A stretch of 63,997 nt of DNA, the filler included, from Squatina squatina (lineage: Eukaryota): NCBI GenBank assembly GCA_031763465.1. It is 4 parts of 4 records of this genome, joined end to end, with 100 filler letters (N's around TTAATTAATTAA, not from the genome) between each part and the next. Parts side by side here need not be neighbours in the genome. Positions count along the whole stretch, not along the records: positions 51,609 to 63,997 come from JARFOE010000192.1; 3 more parts are not named here. One strand, 5' to 3'. Below, one piece after another: positions 60,301 through 63,997 of this stretch. Positions within the stretch are counted from its first letter, which is position 1; each line of letters starts with the position of its first letter. Under the pieces are notes generated by a model. The model was not told the origin of the DNA, ran no database searches, and worked only from the letters and a program-made list of their open reading frames with translations. The position numbers and the translations under genes are program-made.

Positions 60301-63300
60301 CTTTGGATTCCCCCCTCGCACCCGGAGCGCAAATCTCCTTACATCTGAGCTCTGCACGTTTCTAAAGGGGGAAAGGAAAGCTCGAATAATACTGTGAAGG
60401 TGTTCAACCTTCACACCAGACACGCATTTGGCACATTTACTTCACGTCGCTCCAATAAGCTGACTAGAAGCGAGGGTGGACGCAGCAGCAACTGCTAACG
60501 ATTTCCGCAGTGGAAATATATCAAAACCTGTTTCTTTTCTAGAAAGACCTATCACACATGTTTGTTCTGTTGGAATATTGTGGGAATGTTCGGCATTTTT
60601 ATTGGCAAATAATTCCCTTTGCTTTCCCTTACTTGGCATTTTAGTGAGATAAAACCGTGCAACATACCTATTTCCCCTGCACAGAATTTGTGAAATCAGG
60701 GATAAATAATGATCAAAACTCTGTAAGAAATCTTACCGAAATACAGAATGGTGAGAAGGCAATCGTTAAATGGCTAAATCGGGCTTTATATACAATAATA
60801 TCCCCTAACTTCCCTAAAAAAAGACAATGAGAGCACACAATCATCTCTAAACCCCGCAGAGACGTAGGGAAGATAAGTTCGACCGTCCACAATTTCGACA
60901 TAGGCAGAGGCTTGTTTGTGTTTTTGTGAGTGTGTCCATATCGATATAAGATTATTTCTCCCATAAAAACTGAATCTGTACAAATCTGCCAAATGTGTGA
61001 GGTGAACAGGATTTTTTTCTTAAAGTTGTTCTGCTGCTTCTGGCTTGTGGGCAAGCGGGCATGGTCACGTTCAACTCCACCGCACACAAAATCCTCGCCC
61101 TATCAGCAAAATTATATAAATTATATCCGTTTAGGTGGATTTCGAGGAATATGAGCGTTAAAAAAATCCAATGTGCAGCCCAATTTTACATTTAGACAGA
61201 GTTTTTGTGAATGTGTTATTCAAGACAGAACACTTGCCGTCATTCAAAATAAGTTCAGGATGAAACAAACAGAGGTGAACAAAAGCAGGCAAAAGGAATG
61301 TCATTGGCCGTGGACACATTATTTTCATAATTCTATAAAATGTCAGCAAGGACAACTGGATACGTAACCGACTCAGATTTAGATTTTTTTTCAAATAGTT
61401 TAGTTTAGCGAAAGATTTATTCATTATAGAACGTCCAATAAAATGCATTTTATTTAGGTACACGATCACCGTGTAACAAACTCTATAATNNNNNNNNNNN
61501 NNNNNNNNNNNNNNNNNNNNNNNNNNNNNNNNNNNNNNNNNNNNNNNNNNNNCTATAGAAAAAAGTTGAAGTTAAACTTTGCCTTGGAATTTGTCACAAA
61601 TTAGCTTATTGCTGTTCCAAAAATAACTGCGCAGTGCCAAAACAAACAGGTTTCCTGGGAAAAAGAACCTTTGCCATAAACATTTGCCAGAAAGATGTTA
61701 TATTTAAATTAAATTCCACGCACTAAAAATATCTTTACTAGAAACCATTCTAGTTACAAGTTGACAATTTAATCTTGCTTTTTGAATTGCTTCATTAAGA
61801 TAAATGCACAATAACGTTGTGAAAAGTCTGCAAAATGCTTGCATATCAGATTTTATTCATTTTCTGGCCTGCCGTAACCGGACAATTCAATCGCTATAAA
61901 ATAAAGCCAGCATTTGATTATATCCAGTGATTCTGGATACTGAAAACACCGAGAATATAAACGCCATATTTTATAATAAAGCTTGGTAATATTCAGTTTA
62001 AAGACTATTTGTGCACTTCAACCATTGCTCATTACACTTACCCAACGTTTTTATTTAAAGTCTTGCTAGAAAATAAAATGATTTGCATGAAACGGAATGA
62101 CACAGGGAAGCCATAATATGCGAGTGGCTGCAAATTTGACAGTTTAAAAATAAGATATGAATGAAATAGTATAAAATGGCTTTAAAACTGAATAGGACTG
62201 ACTCGCAATCAAGTATGATTAGTAACCTCCGTATGCAAAATTATTTAAGTATGATGTAGAATTTGAAGGTTTACGATTTTGAAAAAGAAAAAAAATCGGA
62301 TAGGACAGTGGTGTGTTCTATCGCTGTATGAATGTGCAAATTCCGACAAAAGTACAGTGTTTTTCTTAATATAATTAAATACAGGGCACCTATGAGAACC
62401 GAAAGCGGTTTAGTTTGACCTGCGGTTTTAATAGCAGCTTTGACAACCAGCTTCACCAGATGCCCGAATAGGCATTATAGTTGACCAGGGTGAGCTAAAG
62501 ACGCCACCTACATGGAATCCCTGACAGTCCCAGCTAACGTGAGCAATCAGGCGTCCCCAAAAAGAGACAAGGACGCGGCCTTTGTCTGTTAAAAGTCGGG
62601 CTNNNNNNNNNNNNNNNNNNNNNNNNNNNNNNNNNNNNNNNNNNNNNNNNNNNNNNNNNNNNNNNNNNNNNNNNNNNNNNNNNNNNNNNNNNNNNNNNNN
62701 NNNNNNNNNNNNNNNNNNNNNNNNNNNNNNNNNNNNNNNNNNNNNNNNNNNNNNNNNNNNNNNNNNNNNNNNNNNNNNNNNNNNNNNNNNNNNNNNNNNN
62801 NNNNNNNNNNNNNNNNNNNNNNNNNNNNNNNNNNNNNNNNNNNNNNTTTCCGATTAAATAAAAGCCGAAAAATGAGCAAAGATCCGTCTTATTTGCTGCT
62901 CCATTTTCTATCCATTTCCCAGTTATCACACTGTTATTGCAGGAAGTATCGCCCTTTTACAGTTGACTTGCAATTACAGATTCTACATCAAATTAACTTC
63001 TGTCGTCATTTTTAGTTTTTAGTTGTAGTCATTTCCAAGAATATGGTCACGGAAAGCTAAAGGGAGGGTTCCAAAAATTAAATATACCTACCTTGTTGGT
63101 GTCATATCAGGCACACACTGCGGGCATTCGGTTGGTATTTGATGTGAATGAAATGTAATGTAAATGCCGAAGTTTAAGGGGATCAGTGAATTATTGCGGC
63201 GCAGGCTATTTTCCTGCAGGAGTCCAACTCAACGGGAGAGATGGGACCCGGATGAAGCTGAATTTCTTCACACTGATATATACTTCGAAGCTTCGCCGCA

Positions 63301-63997
63301 GTTATTGTCAGAAATGAAACTGGATTTAAAACTCTTGTGCTGAAGTTTGAACTTAAAAACAAGCTCAAAATAAGATTGCGGTAAGACAAAGTCTTCACTT
63401 GAGTTATTTGACGACTTTGCAGTTTAAGGATGCACAGCCTGCTTAACATTGAACTTCAACTTTGGAAAATACCGTACACGTAAAAGAAATGTACTTTTTA
63501 AAGATGAGAGTTACACTATGCAAAGTGAAAATTAAGTTATAATGAAAATTGCTTAAATCCAATGTTCCTCTTGAAAAAAAGATAAATAATTGGACGAGCC
63601 CAGCCGACATTTGTAAGTCGATCTTGTTATTAATTGTAATGTAACGGAACAGCGAATGAAAATATAATTCGTCGTGCATGGATTCATTAACTTTAAAGTC
63701 TCACTATCCGCGGGGTAAGAATTAATAACTATATTTGCGGAGAGTACACTTTTATTGTTATCCTCAAGCTATTCAATACGGTATGCAAACCGCCAGCCAT
63801 ATTGTCCTTTACAGGTTTTCCACGAAATTGTATTCACATTAGTTCTTCACTTGCTCCCAGGAATTACACTGCACTTTACTTATCACTCTGCAAATAAAGT
63901 AACATATGTCTTAATTGTGTGCAACCGAAAAAGCACTTCGCTATACTACACCCCAAGCTAAATATTAAATGTGGGATGATTTAATTCATTGCTGCAT

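Noticed and set aside
60400-63997. HoxA12 pseudogene, HoxA13 or miR-196 upstream of HoxA11
   Set aside because: No homeobox-like translation or miR-196 mature sequence was found by eye.

Overview
Vertebrate genomic DNA, almost certainly a cartilaginous fish (shark), judged from SacSINE1/DeuSINE-like, CR1, L2, RTE and Penelope repeats and from the gene sequences. The draft assembly is very gappy. The window is not one locus: three 100-nt spacers (44 N + TTAATTAATTAA + 44 N) join four unrelated scaffolds. Block A (1-19201) holds the DLG1 last exon, MELTF (minus), two PIGZ copies and a SENP5 exon, matching the human 3q29 gene set, plus a stray SELENBP1 exon. Block B (19302-35245) holds ADHFE1, RRS1, CRH, TRIM55 and PDE7A, matching human 8q13 order and orientation. 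Block C (35346-51508) holds a TLE/Groucho Q-domain exon in CNE-like and SINE-rich DNA, plus a stray INPP5K-like exon. Block D (51609-63997) is the posterior HoxA cluster with HOXA11. I see no convincing wholly new biological system. The best leads are: (1) a HoxA11 homeodomain ending in a non-PG11, PG9-like tail followed by TE-rich DNA, either a chimeric join that may expose a divergent HoxC-remnant-like gene or a real recombinant; (2) a melanotransferrin C-lobe that keeps iron/anion ligands lost in human; (3) a tandem PIGZ duplication; (4) an orphan 9-nt microexon candidate. Several gap-free junctions look like misassembly, so all structural oddities need read-level confirmation. Comparisons with human proteins and gene order are from memory, not from database searches.
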